Source: a virus
Taxonomy: Duplodnaviria; Caudoviricetes
Virus record (IMG/VR): IMGVR_UViG_3300021387_000796
Coordinates: 154,067-218,066 of that record
Length of the DNA stretch: 64,000 nucleotides
Direction: 5' to 3' (one strand)
Shown: positions 1-9,578 of the stretch, piece after piece
How positions within the stretch are numbered: position 1 is the stretch's first letter
How the letters are laid out: each line of letters starts with the position of its first letter
Program-made: the position numbers and the translations under genes
Notes under the pieces: model-generated
What the model was told of the DNA's origin: nothing
The model's input: only the letters and a program-made list of their open reading frames with translations
Database searches by the model: none

Positions 1-875
1 TCTTTAAGCAAATCAAATGAAAGTTTCTTTCCCTCATTCACATTATAAGTTTTTTCTATAACATAATGACTGTCTTTATATTTTGTATAGTTTACATCGA
101 TTGAACTCAACATACTAAATCCAATAGTGCAAATTGTTGTAAATCCAAATATAAATGCACTCAACTTGTGATTATTTCTCCACGCCTTGCGAGTCATTTG
201 CGACCCTACTAAACCAAATGTGAGCATAGCGGTAGAAATAGCATAAGCAACAAATTTAGTCTGTAATCGCTGAAGATAGGTTCCTGTAAAATAAATGGAA
301 AGAATGGAACAAACAATCATCAAAGCAATCATCAGTTTTGGATATACGAATTCAAACAAATTGAATTCATTCTTTTCTTTTTCAACCTTTGGTTTTTCTT
401 CGACCTTTTTAGTTTCAACCACACTTTCTACTTTCTTTGGTTCGATGACTGTTTCAATTTTTGGTACAACAGTCTTTTCAACTTCCTTAGATTCTGCAAC
501 TTTTTCTACAGTCTTAGGTTTAAGAATTTCTTTGGTCTTTTCCGCCGACTGAATAGGATTTTTCACACGCTTAATTGGCGTAGGTTTAGAAACGACCGTT
601 GGTTTTGTAGTCTGTGTTGAACTTGATGTGGAGGTAAATTCCTTCTCTTTCTTTACATTTAATGCTTTCTTCACAAGTCTTTCGCTCTGTTTAGAAAGTG
701 TATAATCATAACCACCATTAGTGTTCTTCTTAGCATTGTAAGTTTCAGAAGTCATAGACTTAAACTCATCGTAAGGAATCAATACTCCATCAGAAGTAAG
801 GATTTCACCGTTCTTTGAATTTGGGAGATAGAAATAAGTTACTCCTAAATTTTCATTCTTCCACTGTTTAATCAT
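1..875 (-). CDS. Membrane protein with K/E/V-rich N-terminal region and about 3 TM segments (partial, runs off window)
   Basis: Manual translation from ATG 875 (MIKQWKNENLGVTYFYLP...) stays open to position 1; GAGG RBS and TTGACA..TATACT promoter upstream; hydrophobic stretches LMIALMIVCSILSIYF, FVAYAISTAMLTFGLVG, AFIFGFTTICTIGF. Not in the ORF track because it has no stop in the window. Confidence 0.8.
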   Translation of the reverse strand, partial: MIKQWKNENLGVTYFYLPNSKNGEILTSDGVLIPYDEFKSMTSETYNAKKNTNGGYDYTLSKQSERLVKKALNVKKEKEFTSTSSSTQTTKPTVVSKPTPIKRVKNPIQSAEKTKEILKPKTVEKVAESKEVEKTVVPKIETVIEPKKVESVVETKKVEEKPKVEKEKNEFNLFEFVYPKLMIALMIVCSILSIYFTGTYLQRLQTKFVAYAISTAMLTFGLVGSQMTRKAWRNNHKLSAFIFGFTTICTIGFSMLSSIDVNYTKYKDSHYVIEKTYNVNEGKKLSFDLLK

Positions 876-972
876 TTTTTATTTAACCTCATTATTAGTA
901 TAGCATATATAGTTTGATGTGTCAAGAAAAATTATTAAAAAAATTAACTATTTGTTTCATATGGAGAAAAAT

Positions 973-1380
973 ATGACTAGACAAGAACAGAAGTATCTTA
1001 AAGAATGTAAAGAAAAACAATTTATTGAATCAATTAAAGGTCAGAAAATTGACGGAAAAACTAAAGCCGAATTTCGTAAGACTGATACTTGGAAAAACTT
1101 TAGAAAATATATTCACGATAAATACAAGGTGGATTATCTGACAAAAAGAAAACTTACTAAAACATGGAATTTACACCATGAACGATTTGACTCAAAGTTG
1201 TATTCTGATTTAGATGAAGAATTCTTTTTGCCACTGAATAATCAGCAACATGATGTACTCCATGTGATTATCTCCGAAACAATTAAAGACCCTACTTATT
1301 TAGATAGACTTTGTGAATTAGTACATAAACACATAGAACTCAATGATGGAAAAGATGTAAAAGATTTCCTTAAAGATTAA
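973..1380 (+). CDS. HNH endonuclease-like protein
   Basis: WNLHH...LNNQQHDVLH pattern; GGAG RBS before ATG 973. Confidence 0.6.
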   Translation: MTRQEQKYLKECKEKQFIESIKGQKIDGKTKAEFRKTDTWKNFRKYIHDKYKVDYLTKRKLTKTWNLHHERFDSKLYSDLDEEFFLPLNNQQHDVLHVIISETIKDPTYLDRLCELVHKHIELNDGKDVKDFLKD

Positions 1381-1907
1381 ATATATCTTCACTATAATTT
1401 TTAAGACTATCCATGATTATCTGTTTCGGCAAAAAGTTCCAACAGTAATATGAACTTGAAAAAGTAATTTTGTTGTCTACTTTTCCATTGTTTATAAACT
1501 TCATTCGTTCTTCAAACATTAGTAATTGTAAATCTTTATCTTTAAATATTTGCTTAGGTGCTGAATCATTCAACCACGTGTTGCTCATAATTAATGCAAA
1601 TGGCTTATTAAAACTTAAAGCACGTTTAAATATACCTCGCTTGTTTGTAAAAGGCGGATTGCTGATGATACAATCCCAATGTTCAGTAGGTTCATAAGTA
1701 TAAAAATCCTTTCCTTCTAAAATATGACTATGAATAACTTTATTTTTTCTCGAAATAAGTTTTACAAAATTACTTTCTTCCGTATCGAATGGACACCAAA
1801 CCACCCAATCTTTTGGAATGTATTTTAATATAGGATAGACCCCCCCCCATCGGAGTATAGCATTCATCATTAGAACCTTTAGAATATAAAATTGATTTCG
1901 AATTCAT
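1370..1907 (-). pseudogene. DNA N6-adenine methyltransferase, frameshifted at a G9 tract (1840-1848); possibly phase variable
   Basis: ATG 1907 overlaps the thymidine kinase stop and reads MNSKSILYSKGSNDECYTPM; the rest (GVYPILKYIP..WCPFD..SNPPF) is in another frame; losing one G joins them. Confidence 0.75.
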
Positions 1908-2473
1908 TATCTCTTTTCTCCAAAGAAGCACTTTCCACATACACATTCATATTTTACATCACCAACTTCAATCTGACTTTTCTTTGTACCCATGTAATAT
2001 GAATAGTTTCCAAGCATAGAACCACACTTTGTACACACACCGTTCAGTTTTTCAATTTCATCACATAAAGGAAGAATCTGAATTGCTTCATCAAACATAT
2101 GAGCATCAGAATCAGCAATAAGTCCTGCATAATATACATCAGTATTTGTTTTACAAATCAACAAAGTTTCCAAGAAATTACGATTGTTTTTAATCATAAA
2201 AAATTCATCAATAAAAATAACATCGTATTTTTCTTTTATGATATCATTAATTGTGGTGTCGTTGAATTCTTTAATATAAATACATTCAATCTTCTTTTCA
2301 TTAATAGCCTTGATTACTTTGGAATCATTTCTTGAATGTGTAATATATCCTCTATCATCTATATAAGGTCTGATGAATAAAATCTTCTTCTTTGCATAAG
2401 TACACTTAATTAAATCTCGAATTAAACTTTCGGATTTTCCTGAATACATTGAGCCACAAAATAATTTAATCAT
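1907..2473 (-). CDS. tdk: Thymidine kinase
   Basis: GSMYSGKS Walker A, IDEF, C-terminal CxxC...CxxC zinc lasso. Confidence 0.9.
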   Translation of the reverse strand: MIKLFCGSMYSGKSESLIRDLIKCTYAKKKILFIRPYIDDRGYITHSRNDSKVIKAINEKKIECIYIKEFNDTTINDIIKEKYDVIFIDEFFMIKNNRNFLETLLICKTNTDVYYAGLIADSDAHMFDEAIQILPLCDEIEKLNGVCTKCGSMLGNYSYYMGTKKSQIEVGDVKYECVCGKCFFGEKR

Positions 2474-2957
2474 TCTTTTTATTCTCCTTTAATTTTCTAA
2501 AATATTCACGATTTTCCAAGATTCTTTTGTGAAAAACAATATTCTCTTTTTCACAGATTATTTGATTCAATAAAAGTTCGGTGTTATGTCTGTACATATC
2601 TTTTTGTTCTAACTCATCTGTGAAAAAGTTATCAGACTCTTTAATCTTATAAAATTTACCATTCTTAAAATGATACAAACCCCAACCTAGCGGAACTTCA
2701 TTTTCTTTTATGAAATCACCATTACAAACAAAATAACGCTTTTCTCCAAACCACGCTTCCGTAGTACGAGAATATTTCTTTCTGTCAGCCAAGAAATCTG
2801 ACCTACTCATTTTGATTTCATACAAAGTGCTTTTACCGCTCGAATTAAAATCCAACACATCTGGTTTTTCAGGTATCCCTACCATTGATACCTCAAACAA
2901 CGCTACAGATGAAACAAATCTTTCGGCAGTCTTTTTACAAAGTTCAAAATGCGTCAT
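2466..2957 (-). CDS. MmcB-like PD-(D/E)xK nuclease
   Basis: EKPDVL...YEIKMSRSDFLADRKK...RYFVC...VPLGWGL. Confidence 0.7.
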   Translation of the reverse strand: MTHFELCKKTAERFVSSVALFEVSMVGIPEKPDVLDFNSSGKSTLYEIKMSRSDFLADRKKYSRTTEAWFGEKRYFVCNGDFIKENEVPLGWGLYHFKNGKFYKIKESDNFFTDELEQKDMYRHNTELLLNQIICEKENIVFHKRILENREYFRKLKENKKND

Positions 2958-2960
2958 ATA

Positions 2961-3341
2961 TTAATCCTTTATAAATAACTTTTTCTTTCCCTCAATAATC
3001 ATGGAAGAGAGAATGTTTGTAAACAACTTGCACAAATAATTAAAATCATTCTTCAAAGTTTCAACATTGTTTCTATTAATTGATGTAAACTTACCTTTCT
3101 GATTAGCGTTAATTGTCATATAATATGAACCAACTTCTTGTGGTAATTTTCCTATAAAATTTTCATATTCGCTTTCATTCCAAACAACAATCGACTGATT
3201 TAAAATATAAAGGATATTTGCACACTGTTTCAAATTTATGTAGTTCTTTTTTGTTTCCATGTCAATCATAAACTTCAACAGAGCGATTGTATTTGGTGCG
3301 ACTACTTCTAAAGTAGAATCTTTATTATAAAACAATTTCAT
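2961..3341 (-). CDS. Hypothetical protein
   Basis: 126 aa ORF tightly packed in an operon. Confidence 0.7.
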   Translation of the reverse strand: MKLFYNKDSTLEVVAPNTIALLKFMIDMETKKNYINLKQCANILYILNQSIVVWNESEYENFIGKLPQEVGSYYMTINANQKGKFTSINRNNVETLKNDFNYLCKLFTNILSSMIIEGKKKLFIKD

Positions 3342-3346
3342 ATATA

Positions 3347-3958
3347 TTATCTCCTACATTTTACAAAATCGAAATAAATTTCATTAAATTTGTCAAAATA
3401 TTTATTTGCTGAAATTGTCCAAAAATCATTTGAAGAATAATCTCCGTTTTTTATTTTTTTCAAATTTCCAACACCAACATTATACGATTTGATTAAATCG
3501 TCACTATTTTGAATTACAGAATATCTATCCCAACACATGCGGATGTATCCTAAAGATGTCATAATATTTATATCATATTTGTTTTTATCATTCAAGTCTT
3601 CAAAAGAAATTTTTTTATCATACCAATCATTAAAATCTTTTAATGCCACTTTCGTTAGTTGCCCCATACCAACTGCATTTTTACTCGAAGTGCATTCATA
3701 ACTAAATCCGCTTTCTATCGCAAAAAAAGATAACGCAAATGCCAAATCAATATCATAATGCTTTGCCCAATAAGAAACCGTGGCATGAATTTCAATATAA
3801 TTAACTTTTCCTTTACCATATTTTTTATGGTATTTGTTCATAGTATGAATTAATTCGTGACGATTATATTCTATTTTCTTAGAATTTCGATTCAGCAAGT
3901 TGGCAAATAAATTAAATGTCACAGTAAAAAATACAATTAATAAAAATAACTTTTTCAT
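3347..3958 (-). CDS. Lytic transglycosylase (SLT family) with N-terminal signal/TM
   Basis: AIESGF, AVGMGQL and SYNVG motifs; MKKLFLLIVFF N-terminus. Confidence 0.85.
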   Translation of the reverse strand: MKKLFLLIVFFTVTFNLFANLLNRNSKKIEYNRHELIHTMNKYHKKYGKGKVNYIEIHATVSYWAKHYDIDLAFALSFFAIESGFSYECTSSKNAVGMGQLTKVALKDFNDWYDKKISFEDLNDKNKYDINIMTSLGYIRMCWDRYSVIQNSDDLIKSYNVGVGNLKKIKNGDYSSNDFWTISANKYFDKFNEIYFDFVKCRR

Positions 3959-3964
3959 AAATAA

Positions 3965-3993
3965 ATAGTACAACATTCTATATAATTTGTCAA
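3965..3993 (-). promoter_or_regulatory. Sigma70-type promoter, probably giving a leaderless SLT mRNA
   Basis: TTGACA-17nt-TACTAT, then 6 nt to ATG 3958 with no SD. Confidence 0.6.
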
Positions 3994-4040
3994 GTAAAAT
4001 TATTAAAATTTATAACTATTTAATAAAATGGAGGATTTAT

Positions 4041-4436
4041 ATGAAAAAAATAATTATTTATGTTTGTATTTTAATAATATCTGTAACCATTAGTTTCTTT
4101 GTTGGAAAATTTGATTCTAAAAAAGATATTTCTCAATTACAAAACGAATTAATGATTGCCACTGATAAATTAACTAATGTTGAAAAAAGAAACGAAGAAT
4201 TAATTCAATTAAATGAAGAACAAAAAGTTACAATAGATGAACTAAATTTAGAAAATCAAAATTCCGCAAAACATATTAAATCGATTAAAGAAATAAACTC
4301 CTCCACTAAAGAAAAATTAAACAATCTTGAATCTTCCACGGATTCAACAATGAATTCTATAAATAAACTAAAAGAAAATAATAAAATATTGAGAGAATAC
4401 TTTAATTTTGTGTCATCTATAACAAAGGAGGAATAA
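4041..4436 (+). CDS. N-terminal TM plus coiled-coil protein (i-spanin-like)
   Basis: MKKIIIYVCILIISVTISFFVG followed by heptads; GGAGG RBS; next to SLT and peptidase genes. Confidence 0.5.
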   Translation: MKKIIIYVCILIISVTISFFVGKFDSKKDISQLQNELMIATDKLTNVEKRNEELIQLNEEQKVTIDELNLENQNSAKHIKSIKEINSSTKEKLNNLESSTDSTMNSINKLKENNKILREYFNFVSSITKEE

Positions 4437-4437
4437 T

Positions 4438-4983
4438 ATGAAAAAGTTTTTAATATTTGCAACAATCATTCTTTTATCAACAAAAGTTTACTGTGATGAT
4501 TTTGTCAATCAAAAGTTGAACGAACAAGATGAATTAATTGATGATATTGAATTACAAATTACAAACATGACCAATCTAATATCTTTGCTTAAATTAGATA
4601 ATCTTGATATTAGTGAACATGCTGATGAATTAGAAAAAAGTAATAAAAATATGGCAAATGAAATTTCTTCTTTAAAAAACATAAACAATGAACTTCATGT
4701 CGCATTAACATCTAATAAAGAAGACACTCATGAAGTAATAAATATATTAGGTGATATGAACGAAGAGATTTCAAAAATAAGCAAACAAAAAGAATTAGCC
4801 GATAAATTTATTCGACTTGTTATACCCACAACGACAATTCCTTTAATTGCGAGTGGAGCATATTTGTATTTTGCTACTGATGAAAAAAACTTGGGTAAAC
4901 TAATGATGATGTGTGGTGGTGGATTATTAATTGGTGGGGAATTAGTTTGGAATGGTGGAAAGTTTATATTTAAGATTTGGTAG
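4438..4983 (+). CDS. Exported coiled-coil membrane protein (spanin-like?)
   Basis: Signal peptide ending VYC, coiled coil, C-terminal hydrophobic segments; AGGAGG RBS. Confidence 0.45.
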   Translation: MKKFLIFATIILLSTKVYCDDFVNQKLNEQDELIDDIELQITNMTNLISLLKLDNLDISEHADELEKSNKNMANEISSLKNINNELHVALTSNKEDTHEVINILGDMNEEISKISKQKELADKFIRLVIPTTTIPLIASGAYLYFATDEKNLGKLMMMCGGGLLIGGELVWNGGKFIFKIW

Positions 4984-4990
4984 GTAATTT

Positions 4991-5653
4991 ATGGATTTAG
5001 ATGAAAAAGGAATATACAAATACAATCAGAGAAAAAGAGAAATATCCCCTAATTATGTATGTTTTCCAAATAACATGGCTCAAGCGTGGGAAATTTTAAA
5101 TCAATCGGAAAACTGTTGGAATAATGTATTAAATTATCATACTGAATTTAAAAGTGTTGCTGATAAACTGACTTATTTTTTAAGATTTGAACCAATGATG
5201 CAAGAAATATACAAGTTTTACTTTCCTACGGAATATAAAAAATGGATGGAAGATAAAACTAAAGACCAATACCTATATTCTAATAATTCGTATCCTCCAA
5301 ATGAGATTTTTAAAATCGTTTGTATAGGATTTAATTTGTTTTTATCTATGAATAAAGGTGATGATTTTAAGGCGGTTTGTTATACAAAATCTATGAATTT
5401 GAATGAGATTAAAAAAGAAATTGATAATGGAAAACCTGTGGTGACTTCGTTCAAATTAGGAAATATAGGTGGACACCTAATGACTGTAAAGGGATATGAT
5501 AGGAGCAATTTATATGTTTATGACACTTATGGATGCTCCTACTTGGAAAAATTTAAGAGTAAAAACAATGCAAAGATTTTGAGTTATAAAGAGTTCAATG
5601 AGTTGGCAAAACCTACTGATTCAGAGAGCAAGTTTTGCATATGTTTCTATTGA
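4991..5653 (+). CDS. Peptidase C39-like cysteine peptidase
   Basis: YNQR..CFP (Cys), GKPVV, GHLMTVKGYD (His), VYDTYG (Asp). Confidence 0.75.
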   Translation: MDLDEKGIYKYNQRKREISPNYVCFPNNMAQAWEILNQSENCWNNVLNYHTEFKSVADKLTYFLRFEPMMQEIYKFYFPTEYKKWMEDKTKDQYLYSNNSYPPNEIFKIVCIGFNLFLSMNKGDDFKAVCYTKSMNLNEIKKEIDNGKPVVTSFKLGNIGGHLMTVKGYDRSNLYVYDTYGCSYLEKFKSKNNAKILSYKEFNELAKPTDSESKFCICFY

Positions 5654-5683
5654 TAACTATTTTCTTATATAGGAGAATAATTT

Positions 5684-6439
5684 ATGGCAACCTACCTTGA
5701 AAATTTTTCCGTATCGGATTCATTTTTAGAACGTGTAAAAGAAAGTATAGGCTATCCTTTAGTTGACGCTGATACATTAAGTGAAATTTTTGACGACAAT
5801 TGGATTAGAGAAAATATTTGCGCAAGAGAAGCAGAACAATTCTTCAACTTTTTTCCTTTGGTAGTAAACGTACCTATAAATGTAAGCGGAACTGCGGAAG
5901 TTTCAGTTGATGCCCCGTCTAACTGTCTCGGTATAGTGCATTCAGCATTTGTTGAAAGTGGTGGTGGCAACAATAATCTGATGAGCGGAAATCCGTTTTT
6001 TACTTCTAGTATCGTAAGCGTATCTTCAAGTATTGCAAGGAATTACGGCACTGCCTTCGATTATAATTCATACTACTATTCATCTAGTCAACAAAACTTT
6101 TTCAATAAAGCATTGCAAAATTCTAACAAGAGTTTCTATGCTTATTATGACGAAGTACATGACCGTATAGTGGCTAAGAGTACCTTAGTGGGCACTATTA
6201 GTGTAGATTGCGGATGCTATGCTGAATCTGTAGACATGATTCCTAGAAGATTAAGGGTAAAATATCTTGAGTTGTGTCAGACCGCTTTAGGGGTTAAATT
6301 TGCTTCAATTTTGAAAATGCAGAATAGTGACTTACCACTTTCAATCGATACAGACGCAATTTATGAGAACAACTCTGATGCTCATGAAAAATTAGTCGAG
6401 TGGTGTCAAGCCAATAGCACTTATTGTATTATGCGTTAA
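5684..6439 (+). CDS. Neck/head-tail adaptor protein (T4 gp13-like)
   Basis: N-terminal RVKESIGYPLVD resembles the gp13 LGxPxI motif; TAACTATTT motif and AGGAG upstream. Confidence 0.5.
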   Translation: MATYLENFSVSDSFLERVKESIGYPLVDADTLSEIFDDNWIRENICAREAEQFFNFFPLVVNVPINVSGTAEVSVDAPSNCLGIVHSAFVESGGGNNNLMSGNPFFTSSIVSVSSSIARNYGTAFDYNSYYYSSSQQNFFNKALQNSNKSFYAYYDEVHDRIVAKSTLVGTISVDCGCYAESVDMIPRRLRVKYLELCQTALGVKFASILKMQNSDLPLSIDTDAIYENNSDAHEKLVEWCQANSTYCIMR

Positions 6440-6457
6440 ATTATATGAGGAAATAAT

Positions 6458-7261
6458 ATGTTCGAACTCAAGTTGACCACTGCGAAGGTAATCTCAATCG
6501 ATGATGCAAGCAAAGAAGGAAAAATTCAAATTTCTATAGAATCCGTATCAGAAGGTTGGAAAAAAGACTTACTTCCTTGGGCAATTCCTTTAATCTCTAA
6601 CGTTGCTGACGGTACTATGGAAATGCATTTACCCAAAGTAAATTCACAAGTTTGGGTATTAGTTGATAAATACTATAAACGTTTTTATTATATATCAAAC
6701 CGATACTTCTATAATCTCTTTGATTTTTCTAAAGTAAGTGGTTTATTGAACAAATGTAACAAGATTGATACAGAATATAAAAATATAGATTTCAAATATT
6801 ATTTAGACGGCACATTACTTTTTCATAACAATTCCGATGGCTCAAGTGGAATCATAACTAATCAAGGCACACTTGTATACATTGATAAAGATGGAAATTT
6901 GATTAAAGAAATTGAAAATAACGAAAATACAACAATTAAAGGTGATAAAAATGAAATTATAAAAGGTAAAGAAAATATTGAAATCAACGGTCAATCATCG
7001 ACAACATACAAAAATAAATGTGCGGTTAATTGTGAATCATCTTATGAATGCACATCACAAGGCTCTATTACATTAAAATCAAAAACCTCATCTTTAGTGG
7101 AAATAGGAAACGCCGTTACAACACTAGGTGCTATACTCACGGAACTTTGTCAAGATTTGGCATCATTAACAACACAAGGAACTTCAAAAACACAAACATC
7201 ACCAATATTAACATCTCAAATGACAATGTTATTGCCAAAAATTAAAGCAACTTTAAAATAA
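6458..7261 (+). CDS. Baseplate spike/hub protein (gp5 N-terminal OB-fold-like)
   Basis: AKVISIDD..GKIQI..LLPWAIP..LPKVNSQVWV, then beta-helix-like repeats (IKGDKNEIIKGKENIEING). Confidence 0.75.
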   Translation: MFELKLTTAKVISIDDASKEGKIQISIESVSEGWKKDLLPWAIPLISNVADGTMEMHLPKVNSQVWVLVDKYYKRFYYISNRYFYNLFDFSKVSGLLNKCNKIDTEYKNIDFKYYLDGTLLFHNNSDGSSGIITNQGTLVYIDKDGNLIKEIENNENTTIKGDKNEIIKGKENIEINGQSSTTYKNKCAVNCESSYECTSQGSITLKSKTSSLVEIGNAVTTLGAILTELCQDLASLTTQGTSKTQTSPILTSQMTMLLPKIKATLK

Positions 7262-7262
7262 C

Positions 7263-7802
7263 TCACCATTCATTTGAATTTTTCAATTGTTCAACCAACG
7301 CAACAAAATCATTATCGTTTAACAATTGATAAGATGTAATAGGTGCTACAACAAAATTGTGATGATATACACCACTAGAAGCATTTCCTTTAGATATGCT
7401 ATCTGTAATTTGTAGTTTTAATATTTGGAATGTATCATCAAAGTTTCGAAGTTTTAATAATATTACTGAATCTTTACGAATGTTATATTTTTTAATGTCT
7501 TCGTTTTTGAAATAAGCAGTAATTGGTAAAATGTCATACATATGTAGTACATTACTTTGCGTTTGAGACGATGAATTAGAATCCATAGTTGAAGTCGGAA
7601 TATCATCGTCAGGAAAATCCATAAGTACATTAACAAATCCGCTCAAATTTACACTTTGATATGTATTTTGATATTTATCGAACTCTACTTCTATAACGGC
7701 ACACCTACATCTTGTTCCACTAATACCAATAAAGTTATCTTCCATTTTTCGATTAAATTTCCATAATTTTCTAGCAAGACAATCTTGTACCGTTCTAGCC
7801 AT
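7263..7802 (-). CDS. Hypothetical virion protein (possible head-closure/neck protein)
   Basis: 179 aa, GGTG RBS, among structural genes. Confidence 0.45.
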   Translation of the reverse strand: MARTVQDCLARKLWKFNRKMEDNFIGISGTRCRCAVIEVEFDKYQNTYQSVNLSGFVNVLMDFPDDDIPTSTMDSNSSSQTQSNVLHMYDILPITAYFKNEDIKKYNIRKDSVILLKLRNFDDTFQILKLQITDSISKGNASSGVYHHNFVVAPITSYQLLNDNDFVALVEQLKNSNEW

Positions 7803-7815
7803 TTCGTTTCACCTA

Positions 7816-7968
7816 CTAGTCTAACATTCTTGTAACATATGTGTTTTTTGAAGTTTCTACAATTTGTATTTTCTTTTCAGTTAAAGATTTTTTTTCATTT
7901 TCAAATTCTTCAACGCTCATAGTTTTACCATTTAATGTAATCTGTTCTTTCATTTCTACATTCTCCAT
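7816..7968 (-). CDS. Small hypothetical protein (50 aa)
   Basis: GGAGG RBS; MENVEMKEQITLNGKTMSVEEF...TYVTRMLD; below the ORF-track cutoff. Confidence 0.7.
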   Translation of the reverse strand: MENVEMKEQITLNGKTMSVEEFENEKKSLTEKKIQIVETSKNTYVTRMLD

Positions 7969-7984
7969 ATTATTCCTCCATTAA

Positions 7985-8905
7985 TTACATGTATAAAGTG
8001 TGCTGATTAATGACAGTAGTTCCTTTCTTTTCACCCACTTGTGGTGAAAAACCCATATAATTATTATTGTAAATATTTGTAATATTGTTTCCCATAATAC
8101 CAAAACTTGGAGTAATGGATTGAGTATATTTAAATTCTGCAATAACTAATCCATTCGAAGGATAATTTGGAGCATGTGCCAAACCAGAGGTTGCTTCGTC
8201 ACCCATAATATATCGTACCGAGCCATCATTCATCAATACGGCAATATCGATTCTAACTTTTCCAGAAGTTATACTAAGATTAATTTTATGATAATCTGTA
8301 TCAGTTTCTGTCAATATGATTGTTTCTTCATTATTTTTTTCCACCAACACACCATTTATTATGGCTTTACCTTTTCCAACAACAAAGCCGAATTCACTCG
8401 TTCGATTTTCAATTGGTGTAACATTAAAACTTGGTAAACTTGAATTATAAGAAGAATAATAATAGTCGTTATATTTTGAAGATGGACACCACGTTTTTCT
8501 AGTATAATCAAATTCTGTGCTTAAAGTGCCACCTTGGAAAACGGCTCGTCCTAAAATAATCGGATGATTCATCGAACTAATATCACTCAATGATTTTGTT
8601 TCAAAACTTACATAATTATTTACGGATTGACTCCAATTAAAACTTGCTACAACGAAAGGTTTTTGGCTATCCACCGCCATCACAAATGATTCTCTAGTTT
8701 CAACATGAACAATTATATTACCATCACCAATCAACAATTGCATTTCATCAACTTGTATTGTAGAATCGCCTGATTTTGTTAAAAGACCACCTGAAATAAC
8801 ACCCTCAGGTAACACTCCGCACAATAATTTATTAAAACCTTCAGCAGTACCTTCTTGTTGATATCTGAATGTAATTAATTGGTCTCCTGTATTAACACTT
8901 GCCAT
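7985..8905 (-). CDS. Putative baseplate/tail-fibre attachment protein
   Basis: Beta-rich, GVISGG and RIDIAVL motifs typical of tail proteins; TAACTATTT and GGAG upstream. Confidence 0.5.
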   Translation of the reverse strand: MASVNTGDQLITFRYQQEGTAEGFNKLLCGVLPEGVISGGLLTKSGDSTIQVDEMQLLIGDGNIIVHVETRESFVMAVDSQKPFVVASFNWSQSVNNYVSFETKSLSDISSMNHPIILGRAVFQGGTLSTEFDYTRKTWCPSSKYNDYYYSSYNSSLPSFNVTPIENRTSEFGFVVGKGKAIINGVLVEKNNEETIILTETDTDYHKINLSITSGKVRIDIAVLMNDGSVRYIMGDEATSGLAHAPNYPSNGLVIAEFKYTQSITPSFGIMGNNITNIYNNNYMGFSPQVGEKKGTTVINQHTLYM

Positions 8906-8993
8906 ATAAATCTCCAAATAAAAAATATTTTCTTATTAAATAGTTATATTTTTTTATATCACAAATTAAAATTAAAAGCAACTATATTCTTAA

Positions 8994-9230
8994 ATGGATT
9001 TTGGTATTAAAAAAATAATAAAGAAAAAATGTTTCAAAAATGGAAAAATTTTAATGGTTGAATTAGAAGGCAAAAATTTATTCTCCATTCTAGTTTTCAA
9101 TAAAGAGAATCAATTATTAGAATCCTTCTGTCGTTGTTGTTTTGATGATTCATTAAAAAAAGATATTCTAAGTATCATGAGAAAAAAATATAAAGAAAAA
9201 ATAAATCAATATTTTTATAATTTCACTTGA
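8994..9230 (+). CDS. Hypothetical protein
   Basis: 78 aa ORF directly after a CAACTAT motif. Confidence 0.5.
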   Translation: MDFGIKKIIKKKCFKNGKILMVELEGKNLFSILVFNKENQLLESFCRCCFDDSLKKDILSIMRKKYKEKINQYFYNFT

Positions 9231-9255
9231 CATATTAATGATGAAATGATATATT
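9227..9255 (+). promoter_or_regulatory. Sigma70-type promoter
   Basis: TTGACA-17nt-TATATT with a TG extension. Confidence 0.65.
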
Positions 9256-9289
9256 TAAACAAAACTAAATCAAAAGGAGAAATAAAGAA

Positions 9290-9508
9290 ATGCCTAAGTG
9301 TGTTTTAAATGATTGGGATGAAGAAATCGAACTCGATGAAGAATTGGAGGAACAGTTTGGTACTGAAATTTCATCTGTTGCTTCAAAGCACATCAAAAAC
9401 CCATCTAAAAATCGTAAAGAAATAAAATTCAAAAAAGATGGATTTTACGATAGAAATCACAAGGAATCAAAATTTAAAAACAACAGTTCTTATGAAAGAA
9501 ATCGTTAA
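9290..9508 (+). CDS. Hypothetical protein
   Basis: AAGGAG RBS; followed by hairpin terminator GGGAAGT/ACTTCCC-TTTT. Confidence 0.75.
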   Translation: MPKCVLNDWDEEIELDEELEEQFGTEISSVASKHIKNPSKNRKEIKFKKDGFYDRNHKESKFKNNSSYERNR

Positions 9509-9578
9509 ATGAATAATAAATGGGAAGTAAAGCACTTCCCTTTTATTATTTCAAATAAATTAATATATGGAGAAAAAT

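Noticed and set aside
295-552. ORF-track 85 aa protein and similar shadow ORFs (e.g. 30391-30966, 47784-48239, 19996-21120, 59302-59790, 61701-62243, 63201-63407)
   Set aside because: They are antisense or off-frame shadows of longer genes with clear motifs and RBSs; they are F/S/L-biased and lack RBSs.
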